A stretch of DNA of 64,000 nucleotides, taken from positions 15,096 to 79,095 of the forward strand of contig JANOAZ010000201.1 in assembly GCA_031411395.1 (NCBI GenBank), read 5' to 3'. Positions 30,280 through 39,554 of this stretch are shown here, piece by piece. Below the pieces are notes generated by a model. The model did no database searches. It saw only the letters and a program-made list of their open reading frames with translations, and was not told where the DNA came from. The stretch is from Chthoniobacteraceae bacterium. GTDB lineage: Bacteria > Verrucomicrobiota > Verrucomicrobiia > Chthoniobacterales > Chthoniobacteraceae. Made by a program: the position numbers and the translations under genes. How positions within the stretch are numbered: the stretch's first letter is position 1; every line of letters starts with the position of its first letter.

Positions 30280-32460
30280 ATGAACCGAATCCGCCTCACC
30301 CTCGCCGCCGCGCTGGCGACCTCGCTTTCATGCATCCTCGCCGAGGCTCCGCGAGTCCTCGCCGCTGGCGCATTGCCAGACGACAGCCGCCTCGCGCCGC
30401 TCAAGGACCTAAACGGATATTTTCCCTTCACTCCGCCCACGTCGAAAGCCGAGTGGGAGAAACGCGCGGACTACGTGCGCCGGCAAATCCTCGTCTCGCA
30501 AGGACTGTGGCCGATGCCGACCAAGACCCCGCTCAACGCCGTGATCCACGGCCGGATCGAGCTGCCGGAATATTCCGTGGAGAAGGTGTACTTCGAGAGC
30601 GTGCCCGGCTTCTTCGTGACAGGAAACCTTTACCGCCCGAAGAACGCGAAAGGGAAAGTGCCCGCGGTAATGTTCGCGCACGGGCACTGGCAGGATGCGC
30701 GGCTTTCCGAGGAAACGGAGGCAAAGCTGCGGGTGGAAATCGCGACCGGGCAGGAGCGCTTCGAGCAGGGCGGGCGCAGCCGGTTTCAGTCGATGTGCGT
30801 GCAACTCGCGCGGATGGGCTGTGTGGTGTGGCAGTGGGATATGCTGAGCGACTCGGACTCGGTTCAGTTTTCGCGGGAGGTGGTGCACAGGTTCGCGAAG
30901 CAGCGGCCGGAGATGAACACGACGGATCGCTGGGGGCTCTACAGCCCGCAGGCGGAGGCAAATTTGCAGAGCATCATGGGCCTCCAGACTTTGAATGCGG
31001 TGCGCTCGCTCGACTTCCTGCTCAGTCTGCCGGAGGTGGATCCGGAGCGGACGGCGATCACCGGCGCGAGCGGTGGCGGCACGCAGACGATGCTGCTCGC
31101 GGCGATCGATCCGCGGATCAAGCTGTCCTTTCCCGCGGTGATGGTGAGCACGGCGATGCAGGGCGGCTGCACTTGCGAGAACGCCTCGGTGCTCCGGGTG
31201 GATACAGGGAACGTGGAGTTTGCCGGGCTCTTCGCGCCGAAGCCGCAGGGGATGACCACGGCCGCGGACTGGACGAAGGAGATGTCCACGAAGGGATTCC
31301 CCGAGCTGCAGCAGCTCTACAAGATGCTCGGTGCGCCGGAAAATGTGATGCTCCAGCGCGGCGAACATTTTCCGCATAACTACAATGCGGTGACGCGTTC
31401 GGCCTTTTACACGTGGGTGAATCGGCATTTCAAACTCGGGCTGAAGGATCCCGTGATCGAGCGCGACTATGAGCCGCTGTCGCGGGAGCAGCTCAGCGTC
31501 TGGGATGCGCAACACCCGGCGCCGACGGCGACCGGGCCGGAGTTCGAGCGCGCGTTGCTGAAGTGGCTGGCCGATGATGCGGAGAAGCAACTGCGGACGA
31601 GTGCGACGTCGCTCGACGGGCTGCGCAAGGAGGTCGGCGGCGCCGTGGAGGTGCTGATCGGGCGCACCTACGCGGCGGCGGGTGAGGTGGAGTGGCAGCT
31701 CAAAAAGAAGCAGGACCGCGGCGAGTATTTGGAAATGACGGGACTGCTGCGGAACCAGACGCATCGCGAGGAGCTGCCGGTCGTGTGGCTCTACCCGAAG
31801 AAGTGGGATGGCCGCGCGGTCGTCTGGCTCGACGATTCGGGTAAGGCCGCGCTTTTCGAAACGAACGGCACGGTGAAGCCCGCGGTGCTGCGAATGGTGA
31901 ACGCCGGAGCGATCGTGCTCGGCGCGGATTTGTTGTTTGAAGGTGAATTTCTGGCCGACGGCCAGCCGGTGAAACAGACCCGGGTGGTGGCGAATCCGCG
32001 CGAGTTCGCGGGTTACACGTTCGGCTACAATCACGCGCTCTTCGCGCAGCGGACGCACGATGTGCTCTCGCTGGTGAAATTCCTCCGCAGCGCGAAGGTC
32101 GGCGCGCATCCGCAGCCGAAGTCGGTGGCGGTCGCGGGGTTCGGCGGCGCGGGGCCGATCGTGGCCGCGGCGCGCGCGCTGGCGGGCGCGGCTATCGACC
32201 GCGCGGCGGTGGACACCGGCGGATTCCGATTCGGCAAGCTGCTCGATTTCCGCGATCCGCAATTTCTCCCCGGCGGCGCGAAGTACCTCGATCTGCCCGG
32301 CCTGCTCGCGCTCGGCGCGCCGCAACCGCTCTGGCTGGCGGGCGAGGGGAGCGAACCGGCGCTCGTCTCTGCTTCCTACCGCGGTGCGAAGGAACTGACA
32401 ACATTCGCAGGCGAGGCTTCGCAGAAGGAAACCGCCGCAAGCGAGTGGCTGCTCAAGTAG
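30280..32460 (+). CDS. Secreted alpha/beta hydrolase (acetylxylan esterase-like)
   Basis: VEKVYFES, GNLYRP, HGHW, TGASGGGTQT nucleophile elbow, QGGCTCEN, HNYN; ATG at 30280 with a signal peptide. Confidence 0.85.
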   Translation: MNRIRLTLAAALATSLSCILAEAPRVLAAGALPDDSRLAPLKDLNGYFPFTPPTSKAEWEKRADYVRRQILVSQGLWPMPTKTPLNAVIHGRIELPEYSVEKVYFESVPGFFVTGNLYRPKNAKGKVPAVMFAHGHWQDARLSEETEAKLRVEIATGQERFEQGGRSRFQSMCVQLARMGCVVWQWDMLSDSDSVQFSREVVHRFAKQRPEMNTTDRWGLYSPQAEANLQSIMGLQTLNAVRSLDFLLSLPEVDPERTAITGASGGGTQTMLLAAIDPRIKLSFPAVMVSTAMQGGCTCENASVLRVDTGNVEFAGLFAPKPQGMTTAADWTKEMSTKGFPELQQLYKMLGAPENVMLQRGEHFPHNYNAVTRSAFYTWVNRHFKLGLKDPVIERDYEPLSREQLSVWDAQHPAPTATGPEFERALLKWLADDAEKQLRTSATSLDGLRKEVGGAVEVLIGRTYAAAGEVEWQLKKKQDRGEYLEMTGLLRNQTHREELPVVWLYPKKWDGRAVVWLDDSGKAALFETNGTVKPAVLRMVNAGAIVLGADLLFEGEFLADGQPVKQTRVVANPREFAGYTFGYNHALFAQRTHDVLSLVKFLRSAKVGAHPQPKSVAVAGFGGAGPIVAAARALAGAAIDRAAVDTGGFRFGKLLDFRDPQFLPGGAKYLDLPGLLALGAPQPLWLAGEGSEPALVSASYRGAKELTTFAGEASQKETAASEWLLK

Positions 32461-32472
32461 TCGGGGCGCGAT

Positions 32473-33417
32473 CTATTTCAGCGTCAGCCAAAGCGTCCGT
32501 GCGGCGAGATCGACCGGAATGTCCGGAAGCGCGGGCTCGGCGTGGAACTCGGCGGCGCGCCGCGAGGACTTGAGGGCGAAGCGGGCGATGCGCTCGAGGT
32601 CGCGGCGGGCGAGGCGGGTGCAATTGGTGGAAAGGAGGATGCGCGCCTGCGGAGTCGCGATCTCGAGCGCAGCCTGGAGGAGTGCTTCAAAGTCGCTCTC
32701 GATCTGGAAGCGCCGCCCTTTGTTGCCGCGGGAGAAGGTGGGCGGGTCGAGGATGATCACGTCAAAGGTCTCGTGGCGGCGGGCGAGGCGGGGAATGACG
32801 TCGAGCACGTCGTCGGCGAGGAAGCGGTGTGGCGAGGGGTCGATCGAGTTGAGGTCGAAATTGGCGCGGCCGCGGTCGAGCGATTTCTTCGAAAGATCGA
32901 TGCTCACCGTCTCAGCACCGGCGAGTGCGGCGGCGACGGAGAAGGAACAGGTGTAGGCAAAGGTGTTCAAAAGCCGGCGCACGGGAAGGCGCCGGACGAG
33001 CGCGCGATTTGCCCGCTGATCGATGAACAACCCCGCGGAGTAACCAGCGGCGAAATCGAGGCCAAAACGCATCCCGCTTTCACTCACCGTCGTTTCGAGC
33101 GGCAGGCTTGCCTCGCCCTCGAGGAGCACCGGCGCGATGCGTTCGTCGTTCTTCACGGGGATGAACTTGCTGAAGATCCGGCGGTGCTTGCAGCCGTGTT
33201 CAGCTTCCCACACGGGGAGTGCGGCGAGGGCCTGATCGCGTGCGGTTTCGTCCTTGAATGAAAGCAGGAGATCGTCGCTGAAACGTTCGATCCACGCGTC
33301 GGCCGACGAGCAAATCCGGTGGGCGTCAGTCTTCGTCGCCGCGAAGGCGGCGAGGGCCGATGCATCGAGCCAGCGGAGGGGATTTTTGCGGATCGGCAGC
33401 TCGGGAAATGGCGTCAC
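32473..33417 (-). CDS. Class I SAM-dependent rRNA methyltransferase (RlmI/RlmK-like)
   Basis: GLFIDQRANR, LNTFAYTCSFSV, IDLSK, IILDPPTF. Confidence 0.88.
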   Translation of the reverse strand: MTPFPELPIRKNPLRWLDASALAAFAATKTDAHRICSSADAWIERFSDDLLLSFKDETARDQALAALPVWEAEHGCKHRRIFSKFIPVKNDERIAPVLLEGEASLPLETTVSESGMRFGLDFAAGYSAGLFIDQRANRALVRRLPVRRLLNTFAYTCSFSVAAALAGAETVSIDLSKKSLDRGRANFDLNSIDPSPHRFLADDVLDVIPRLARRHETFDVIILDPPTFSRGNKGRRFQIESDFEALLQAALEIATPQARILLSTNCTRLARRDLERIARFALKSSRRAAEFHAEPALPDIPVDLAARTLWLTLK

Positions 33418-33485
33418 AGCAAGGCATGGAGAACTGATTGCAAGAATCAGTCAATACGCTACAGATGCACGATTCCCATCCACCT

Positions 33486-36128
33486 ATGCGGCAACTTGTT
33501 CTATTCATTTTCGCCTGCCTCTACATCGGGGCACAATCCATCCATGCGCAATCGTCCGACCCTGGCGATCTGTTCGTATCGGCGTATATGGCCGTGCAGG
33601 CGGGCGAGAAAGCGGAGCAGGCAGGGAACTTCAAAGAGGCGACCTCGAAGTTCCGCTACGCCGCTCAGGTGCTCGATCAAATCTCCGATCGTCATCCATC
33701 CTGGCAGCCTTCGATCATCGACTATCGGAAGAAACGCACATCCGAGGCGATCACCCGGATGCAGGACAAGGTCGGGCAGGCTGGTGGTGGAAAAGCAGAT
33801 CCAGGCCCCGCGGTCGCGCCGCCCGCCTCTGCGCCGCCGGCGGGAAAGAGCATTCTGCCCGGGCTTCCTGACGAGCTCCTCCCGACCCCGCAGCCGGCCC
33901 CGACCACCAGGCGCGCCACGCCGGACCGTGGCCCGGTCGAGCCGGAACTTCCGGTGAGCACCCCCGCGAGGGAACTCGAACAGCGGATGGAGAAGCTGCA
34001 AAAGGAATTGGAAAAAGTGCGCGCGGAAGCGGCGCGAGCGGAGAAGGAAAAGGCCGATCTCGCCGCCCAGCTGCAACAATCCACGGCGGCCCGCGAGGCG
34101 GCGGACAAAAAGCAGGCGACGCTCGCGCAACGTTCCGCCACGGCGGAAGCAGCGCTCGCCACGGCGCAGGCGGAGGGAAAGGCCGACACGGACCAGTCAA
34201 AGAAACTCGCGTCCGAGCTGGCGAACGTGAAGAAGCAGCTTCGCGACATGAAGTTCGAGGCGGATGCGGAATCGGAATACCGCCAGCAGCTCGCGGATCG
34301 GGTCCGCGCGACACAGGTCAAAATTTCGCGCCTCAGCGCCGAAAAAGCCGCCGCGGAAAAGGAGAGCGCAGACGTTCCGGGAAAGATCGCAGCGTATGAG
34401 AAGCAGCTCGATGAATCGCGCAAGGAGAAGAATGACCTCGTCATCAAACTGAGCCAGACGGCGACGGATCTGAAAACGGCGACGGCGGCGCGCGATGAAG
34501 CACTTTCCCAAGTGGCACGGATGAAGGAAGCGCAGAAGCAGGTGGACAAGCTCCTCACGGACAATGCGACGCTGATGGCGAAGCTCGGAGACGCGGAGAA
34601 GAGCCTGATGGAACTCAAGACCGACGGCACGAGGAAGGATCAGGAAATCGCGTCGCTCCGGAAGGAAGCGATCTCGCTCAAGGACCAGATCGGCAAGGCG
34701 CAGAAGGAAAGCGTGGATTATCAAAAGCAGATGGCCGACCTGCAGCAGCGCCTCTCGACGGCGAATACGCAGATCGCCGAAATGAAAACCGAGGGCACGA
34801 AGGGAGCGGCTGAACGCACCCGCCTGCTCGACGAAAACCAGATCCTCCGCAGCATCGTGTTGCGCGGTCAAAAAGAGGAAGCGCGCCGGGCGCAGACCAA
34901 GAAGCTGGTGCTGGGCGAGTTGGCGAAGATGGAGAGCAAGTCAAAGTCACTCATGGATCAGGTCGAGTATCTGTCCGGCCCCGTGGTGAAGCTCAGCGAA
35001 AAGGAGCGCGGCCTGTTCAAGAAACCCGAACTGCAAATCAGCGACACCGAGATCTCGGTGACAGCCGGGGCGGCTCCAGCGGAAGCCCCGCTTCCGACGA
35101 CCGAGCCAGCCGCGCCGAAGCTGGAAACTCCCATGGCGACCCCCGCCAAAGCGGCGCCCACGGCTGCGGTCGCCACTCCCAGCCCCGCCACGCCGGAGCC
35201 TGCGAAGGTCGCAAGCACCAAAGTCCCAGCGCCCGTCGCGACCCCCGCCGCAACACCGGCCGCGGCTCCCACGGTCGCGACGCAAAAGCCCGCATTGAGC
35301 CTCGAAACGGGAGTCAAAACGCTCGCCAGGAACCCCGCGCCTTTTTCCAATCTCCCTGACGATCTGACTCCGAAAGCCACGGAAAAACCGACCGGAACTC
35401 CAATCCCACAGATGGCCAAGGTGACGACCACCACCAAGCCCACGGTTCCCCCCGCGGATGATCTTCCCACGAAAAAGCCCGAGAATGCGACCGAACCCGG
35501 CGCGCCTGCGGAGAATCCCCTGACGCCTGGAAGCGCAGGCACGGCGAACGTGAGCAGTGCCGTGATGAACCTGCCACCCGATCTCGCGCCGCTCGCGCGC
35601 GAGGGAAAAGATGAATTCGACAAGGGCAACTACCGCGAAGCAGAACGCATCTACGAGAAGGTCCTCGCGAAGGCTCCGAACAATCTCTACACGCTATCGA
35701 ATCTCGGCGTGGTTTACTTCCGCTCGCAGAAGTTCAAGCGCGCGGAAGAGATGTTCAAGAAAGCGATCGCCATCGCGCCCGAGGACGGGTTTTCGCACTG
35801 CACGCTGGGAATCGTCTATTACAGCGAGCAGAAGTATGACGAGGCGGTCAACGAGCTGACCAAGGCGCTGGCGATCAACCCGAAGAACGCCACGGCGCAC
35901 AACTATCTCGGCATCACCGCGAGCCAGAAAGGCTGGCAGGAGGCCGCGCAGAAGGAATTGGAGACGGCGACGGCGCTCGATCCGACCTATGCCGACGCGC
36001 ACTTCAATCTCGCCGTCGTCTTCGCCACGCAGCAACCGCCGAACAAGGAGAACGCGCGGAAGTGCTACAAGCGGGCCACGGAACTCGGAGCCGAGCCCGA
36101 TGCCGCGCTGGAGACGATGATCAAGTAG
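33486..36128 (+). CDS. Exported protein with a long coiled coil, a Pro/Ala/Thr linker and C-terminal TPRs
   Basis: Signal peptide MRQLVLFIFACLYIGAQSIHA; long E/K/A/L-rich helical region; TPR motifs (LSNLGVVY, AHNYLG, AHFNLA). Confidence 0.88.
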   Translation: MRQLVLFIFACLYIGAQSIHAQSSDPGDLFVSAYMAVQAGEKAEQAGNFKEATSKFRYAAQVLDQISDRHPSWQPSIIDYRKKRTSEAITRMQDKVGQAGGGKADPGPAVAPPASAPPAGKSILPGLPDELLPTPQPAPTTRRATPDRGPVEPELPVSTPARELEQRMEKLQKELEKVRAEAARAEKEKADLAAQLQQSTAAREAADKKQATLAQRSATAEAALATAQAEGKADTDQSKKLASELANVKKQLRDMKFEADAESEYRQQLADRVRATQVKISRLSAEKAAAEKESADVPGKIAAYEKQLDESRKEKNDLVIKLSQTATDLKTATAARDEALSQVARMKEAQKQVDKLLTDNATLMAKLGDAEKSLMELKTDGTRKDQEIASLRKEAISLKDQIGKAQKESVDYQKQMADLQQRLSTANTQIAEMKTEGTKGAAERTRLLDENQILRSIVLRGQKEEARRAQTKKLVLGELAKMESKSKSLMDQVEYLSGPVVKLSEKERGLFKKPELQISDTEISVTAGAAPAEAPLPTTEPAAPKLETPMATPAKAAPTAAVATPSPATPEPAKVASTKVPAPVATPAATPAAAPTVATQKPALSLETGVKTLARNPAPFSNLPDDLTPKATEKPTGTPIPQMAKVTTTTKPTVPPADDLPTKKPENATEPGAPAENPLTPGSAGTANVSSAVMNLPPDLAPLAREGKDEFDKGNYREAERIYEKVLAKAPNNLYTLSNLGVVYFRSQKFKRAEEMFKKAIAIAPEDGFSHCTLGIVYYSEQKYDEAVNELTKALAINPKNATAHNYLGITASQKGWQEAAQKELETATALDPTYADAHFNLAVVFATQQPPNKENARKCYKRATELGAEPDAALETMIK

Positions 36129-36164
36129 GCGGTGAAGCGGCGCCCGGATTGCGCGCCGTCCCGG

Positions 36165-36410
36165 TCAGCGTTCTTCCGGCGCGCTCAGCACGAACACGGT
36201 GTCCGCGTCGCCTTCATCCTGGCCGGGTTGGGGATCCATTCCGAGATTCCGATAGGCGAGTTCGAGTTCCCGGGGATTGTTGCGGAGATGGGGGAATACG
36301 GCCACCAGCCGCTGCTTGATCCAGCGCCGCGCGAGCTGCCGGTCCACCGGGTGCAAGACCGGTTCGCGGCGAAACGCATTCCTGATTCGTTCGAACATTC
36401 CCGTCTTCAT
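36165..36410 (-). CDS. Small hypothetical protein (about 81 aa)
   Basis: MKTGMFERIRNAFRREPVLHPVDRQLARRWIKQRL...; C-terminal part of track ORF 36165..37145. Confidence 0.55.
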   Translation of the reverse strand: MKTGMFERIRNAFRREPVLHPVDRQLARRWIKQRLVAVFPHLRNNPRELELAYRNLGMDPQPGQDEGDADTVFVLSAPEER

Positions 36411-36460
36411 GTTCGATAGATAACGCGGGAGCCGGTCGATTGTTTGAAAGTTTGCAAATT

Positions 36461-37219
36461 TCAGCCTCCGATGGCGGCGCGCACATGGCCCAGGATGAGC
36501 AGGGCATTCACAAGGATGATGATCACCGCGGGACGCCACGATCGTGAAACCGACGAGGCTAGCTTTTGCTCGCGGATCAACCCCGCGAGGGCAGTCGCGA
36601 CGATGAACCAGCAAGCGTAGTTGCGCCAGAGCGGAGGGGAGGGCAGGTGGCTCCCCGAGACATACCAAAACCAGAATAGCCGGATCTTCGTGGCCACGGG
36701 TTCGAGGTTGAGATCGGTCAATAAGGCGACGCATCCGGCGGTCGCCGCAAGCGCCCAGTGGCTCGCGCGGGGCAGCAATCGTGCGCCGAGCCCGCGTCCA
36801 CTCACGACAACCACAAACCACAGGACCGGCCAGCCGAATGGCACTGGTCCGAGTTTCATCCCGAGCCGTGTCGTGAAAGCGATGGATCCCGCAGGGTATC
36901 CAGTCCACGCGCTGCACGCCGCGACCGCAAATGCCGTGGCCGCGATGACGAGGGCGATGAAGCGAGCCCGCGCCAATCCCTCCGACTCGGCGAGGTGCAG
37001 GTAGAGATTGGCCGCGGCGAGAATCAGCCAGATCGTATCGCTGGCGTGAACGATGAGGTTCACCGCGGAGCGCAACCCGGCGTTGGAGATGCCCGCCACG
37101 ATTTCCGTGCCACCCACCCACAGCACGGCGACGAGCGCCGTCCACACGAGAAAGAATATCCAGAGCGCGCTGGTGAGCGGTTCAAGACTCCGGGCGAGGA
37201 GGGAAGGGGATTGGCGCAT
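36461..37219 (-). CDS. Carotenoid biosynthesis membrane protein (CruF/DUF422-like)
   Basis: TGYPAGSIAFT..LG.KLGPVP...PVLW, DLNLEPVA, PLWRNYACWF; multiple TM helices. Confidence 0.75.
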   Translation of the reverse strand: MRQSPSLLARSLEPLTSALWIFFLVWTALVAVLWVGGTEIVAGISNAGLRSAVNLIVHASDTIWLILAAANLYLHLAESEGLARARFIALVIAATAFAVAACSAWTGYPAGSIAFTTRLGMKLGPVPFGWPVLWFVVVVSGRGLGARLLPRASHWALAATAGCVALLTDLNLEPVATKIRLFWFWYVSGSHLPSPPLWRNYACWFIVATALAGLIREQKLASSVSRSWRPAVIIILVNALLILGHVRAAIGG

Positions 37220-37376
37220 CGCGAAAGGATGCACTTGCAGACGCAAAGTGGCAGAAGAACTTCGCGGCCACGGCCAGCTTTTCCCCTGCGGCACGTCGCC
37301 GACGGGCCGCTTTCGTGCCCGTGAGAATGAGCGGTATCCATGCGGTTGGCATGGTGTGCAGAGTGTTTCAAAGGAG

Positions 37377-37448
37377 TGTCCCCGCCGGGAATCGAACCCG
37401 GATCAGCGGTTTAGGAAACCACCGTTCTATCCGTTGAACTACGGGGAC
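37377..37448 (-). tRNA. tRNA-Arg (anticodon CCT), CCA not encoded
   Basis: The minus strand reads GTCCCCGTAGTTCAACGGATAGAACGGTGGTTTCCTAAACCGCTGATCCGGGTTCGATTCCCGGCGGGGACA. Confidence 0.95.
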
Positions 37449-37611
37449 CGAAGGACTGCATCGCGCCTGGATGATCGGGGAGGTTTCATCAGGGCCTCGG
37501 TGTCCGCAAGCCAAGAGGAGCCCAATTACCCTTTCACAGTCGTGATTCAACTCCGCCCCGTCCGCCTGATTCTGATCGACGCGAAACTGGGGCCACCGCA
37601 ATATCGGACCC

Positions 37612-37902
37612 ATGAAAATGAGATCTCGGATCATTGCATGGACGCTCTTCTGTATTGTCGGAAGTTCCGCGAACGTGTTCGGCCGCGACGCGACGAGCAG
37701 CTTCGAATCTGTGGCCGTGGATGTGGTCATCGCCCGGCCGCTTTGGCTTGTCGCAACGGTGGTCGGCGCAGGTCTCTTCATTGTGTCGCTGCCGGTCGCG
37801 GCCATGTCGAGGAGTGTGGATAAGACCGCGCGAACCTTGGTCGCAAGGCCTGCCCAGGCAACCTTCACTCGACCACTCGGGGATTTCTCGACGCTCGACT
37901 AG
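37612..37902 (+). CDS. Small exported/membrane hypothetical protein
   Basis: Signal-like N-terminus; DVVIARPLWLVATVVG...SLP...LVARPAQATFTRPLGDF. Confidence 0.75.
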   Translation: MKMRSRIIAWTLFCIVGSSANVFGRDATSSFESVAVDVVIARPLWLVATVVGAGLFIVSLPVAAMSRSVDKTARTLVARPAQATFTRPLGDFSTLD

Positions 37903-37956
37903 CGGCGATTCCCCGGTGGCGCCGTTTTCCCCGCTGCCTGCCTCGGCGCTGGGCGC

Positions 37957-37988
37957 AAAAAAAAAGCGCGACCATCGCTGGTCGCGCT
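37957..37988 (-). terminator. Rho-independent terminator
   Basis: Minus strand AGCGCGACCA-GCGA-TGGTCGCGCT followed by a T run (A9 on the plus strand, 37957-37965). Confidence 0.88.
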
Positions 37989-38039
37989 GCTGATGCTGAG
38001 GAACGAACGTTTAAAGTGGTTGTCTTCCTAGCTCGGCAA
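37957..38039 (-). ncRNA. Candidate sigma54-dependent small RNA (about 83 nt)
   Basis: Bounded by a -24/-12 promoter and a strong terminator; contains no ORF and is relatively AT-rich. Confidence 0.5.
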
Positions 38040-38048
38040 ACAAGAACT

Positions 38049-38065
38049 TAGCAGCGGTCGTGCCA
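38049..38065 (-). promoter_or_regulatory. Sigma54 (-24/-12) promoter
   Basis: TGGCACGACCGCTGCTA; GG and GC sit at exact consensus spacing (TGGCACGNNNNTTGCW). Confidence 0.7.
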
Positions 38066-38119
38066 GCATCGGCGCGGCGACGCCCAAAGCCGAAACGAAG
38101 TGGCGATCGGGATCCACGC

Positions 38120-38401
38120 TCACCCGATTCGCTGACCCCCCGTGTCGTAAACGACGCATTCGGCAGCGTAGATTGAAGCCACTCGACGGGCGAAGCTCAG
38201 CGCATCAGGCGCGGTTGGAAACCAGAGGCTCCATCCAATCCCCGGCAACCGGAGCATGAATCCGCGGACTCGATTGCAAGGGCGCACCTCGTAGTGCTCG
38301 CGTTTCGCGAGCTTTGCGTGATTCACCTTCATCCAGGTGGCAAATTCGGTTTCCGCGAGCGCGGATTCTGACAGTTCAATCGTTGTGTGGTTCATCTTCA
38401 T
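38120..38401 (-). CDS. Small hypothetical protein
   Basis: 93 aa; HYEVRP...LWF....ALSFAR.......VVYDTGG. Confidence 0.65.
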   Translation of the reverse strand: MKMNHTTIELSESALAETEFATWMKVNHAKLAKREHYEVRPCNRVRGFMLRLPGIGWSLWFPTAPDALSFARRVASIYAAECVVYDTGGQRIG

Positions 38402-38607
38402 GTGTTCGAGCGTCCGGGGGGAACCATCGTGCCAGGGGAATCAGCCGTTCGTTGCTCTCACAACATCGACGCCTCATTCACCGACTGCTCATGAAGACGT
38501 TAGGAGAAAAGAAATGTTGCAGGAAATTCCTCCGGGCGCCGCTGCACACGCGCGGGGAAGTTCGCCCGCACGCAGCCGGACCGCCCGGCTTTCTGGCCGA
38601 TCCGCGA

Positions 38608-39549
38608 TCAGGAGATCAGCGCGCCGGCGTGCGCCACGACCGCACTGGCGAGGCCGCTGAGATTGTAGCCACCTTCGAGGAGGGATACGACTCGGCCTTC
38701 GGCGTACTGGTCGGCGAGGCCGCGAACGAGAAGGGTCAATTCGGCGAAATCCGCGTCGCTAAGTTTGAACTGTCCGAGCGGATCGCCGAGGCGGGAATCG
38801 AAGCCGGCTGAAATGAGGACGAGTTCCGGGCGGAACAAATCCACCGCGGGTTTCAGTCGGGTTTCGAAAGCATTGAAAATTTCATCATGGCCGGAGCCTG
38901 CGGGAAGTGGGCAGTTGATCGTCTTCCCCCGCCCCGCGCCGGTGCCCGTCTCGTCTGCGCGACCAGTGCCCGGGTACCACGGCGACTGGTGCGTGCTGAA
39001 GAAAAGCACGGTGCCGTCGGCGTAGAAGATGTCCTGCGTGCCGTTGCCATGATGCACGTCCCAATCGACGATCAAAACGCGCTGGAGTCCGTGGCGGCGT
39101 TGGGCGTGACGCGCGGCGAGCGCGATATTGTTCAGCACGCAGAAGCCCATCCCGCGGGCGGCGGAGGCGTGATGGCCGGGAGGACGAACGACACAAAAGG
39201 CATTCGCGGCTTTACCGGTGACGACCGCATCCACCGCGGCGAATGCGCTGCCGGCGGCGGCGAGCGCGGCTTCCCATGTGTGTCTGCCGATGGTGGTGTC
39301 GCCGGTGCTGAGTTGCGTCTCGCCTGAGGCGATCTCGCCTTCGGCCAGCGCGAGATATTCCTGCGTATGCACGAGGAGCAAGTCATCACGCCCGACCGTG
39401 CGCGGCACGAGGCGGGTCATTTTTGCGGCCAAGCCCGAGGCTTCGAGCGCGCCGAGAGCGGCGGTGAAACGCGCGGACGCCTCGGGATGGCCTCGCCCGG
39501 TGTCGTGGCGCTGGCAGACAGGGTCGGCAATAAGAACGGTGGTGGACAT
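38608..39549 (-). CDS. Histone deacetylase family protein
   Basis: [39 protein letters not shown]. Confidence 0.93.
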   Translation of the reverse strand: MSTTVLIADPVCQRHDTGRGHPEASARFTAALGALEASGLAAKMTRLVPRTVGRDDLLLVHTQEYLALAEGEIASGETQLSTGDTTIGRHTWEAALAAAGSAFAAVDAVVTGKAANAFCVVRPPGHHASAARGMGFCVLNNIALAARHAQRRHGLQRVLIVDWDVHHGNGTQDIFYADGTVLFFSTHQSPWYPGTGRADETGTGAGRGKTINCPLPAGSGHDEIFNAFETRLKPAVDLFRPELVLISAGFDSRLGDPLGQFKLSDADFAELTLLVRGLADQYAEGRVVSLLEGGYNLSGLASAVVAHAGALIS

Positions 39550-39554
39550 GCGGG

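Noticed and set aside
37346-37360. TTGGCATGGTGTGCA as a sigma54 promoter
   Set aside because: GG-to-GC spacing is 2 nt too short
27980-37448. tRNA-anchored genomic island or prophage between or next to the tRNAs
   Set aside because: No integrase, no duplicated tRNA 3' end seen, and flanking genes are ordinary chromosomal genes
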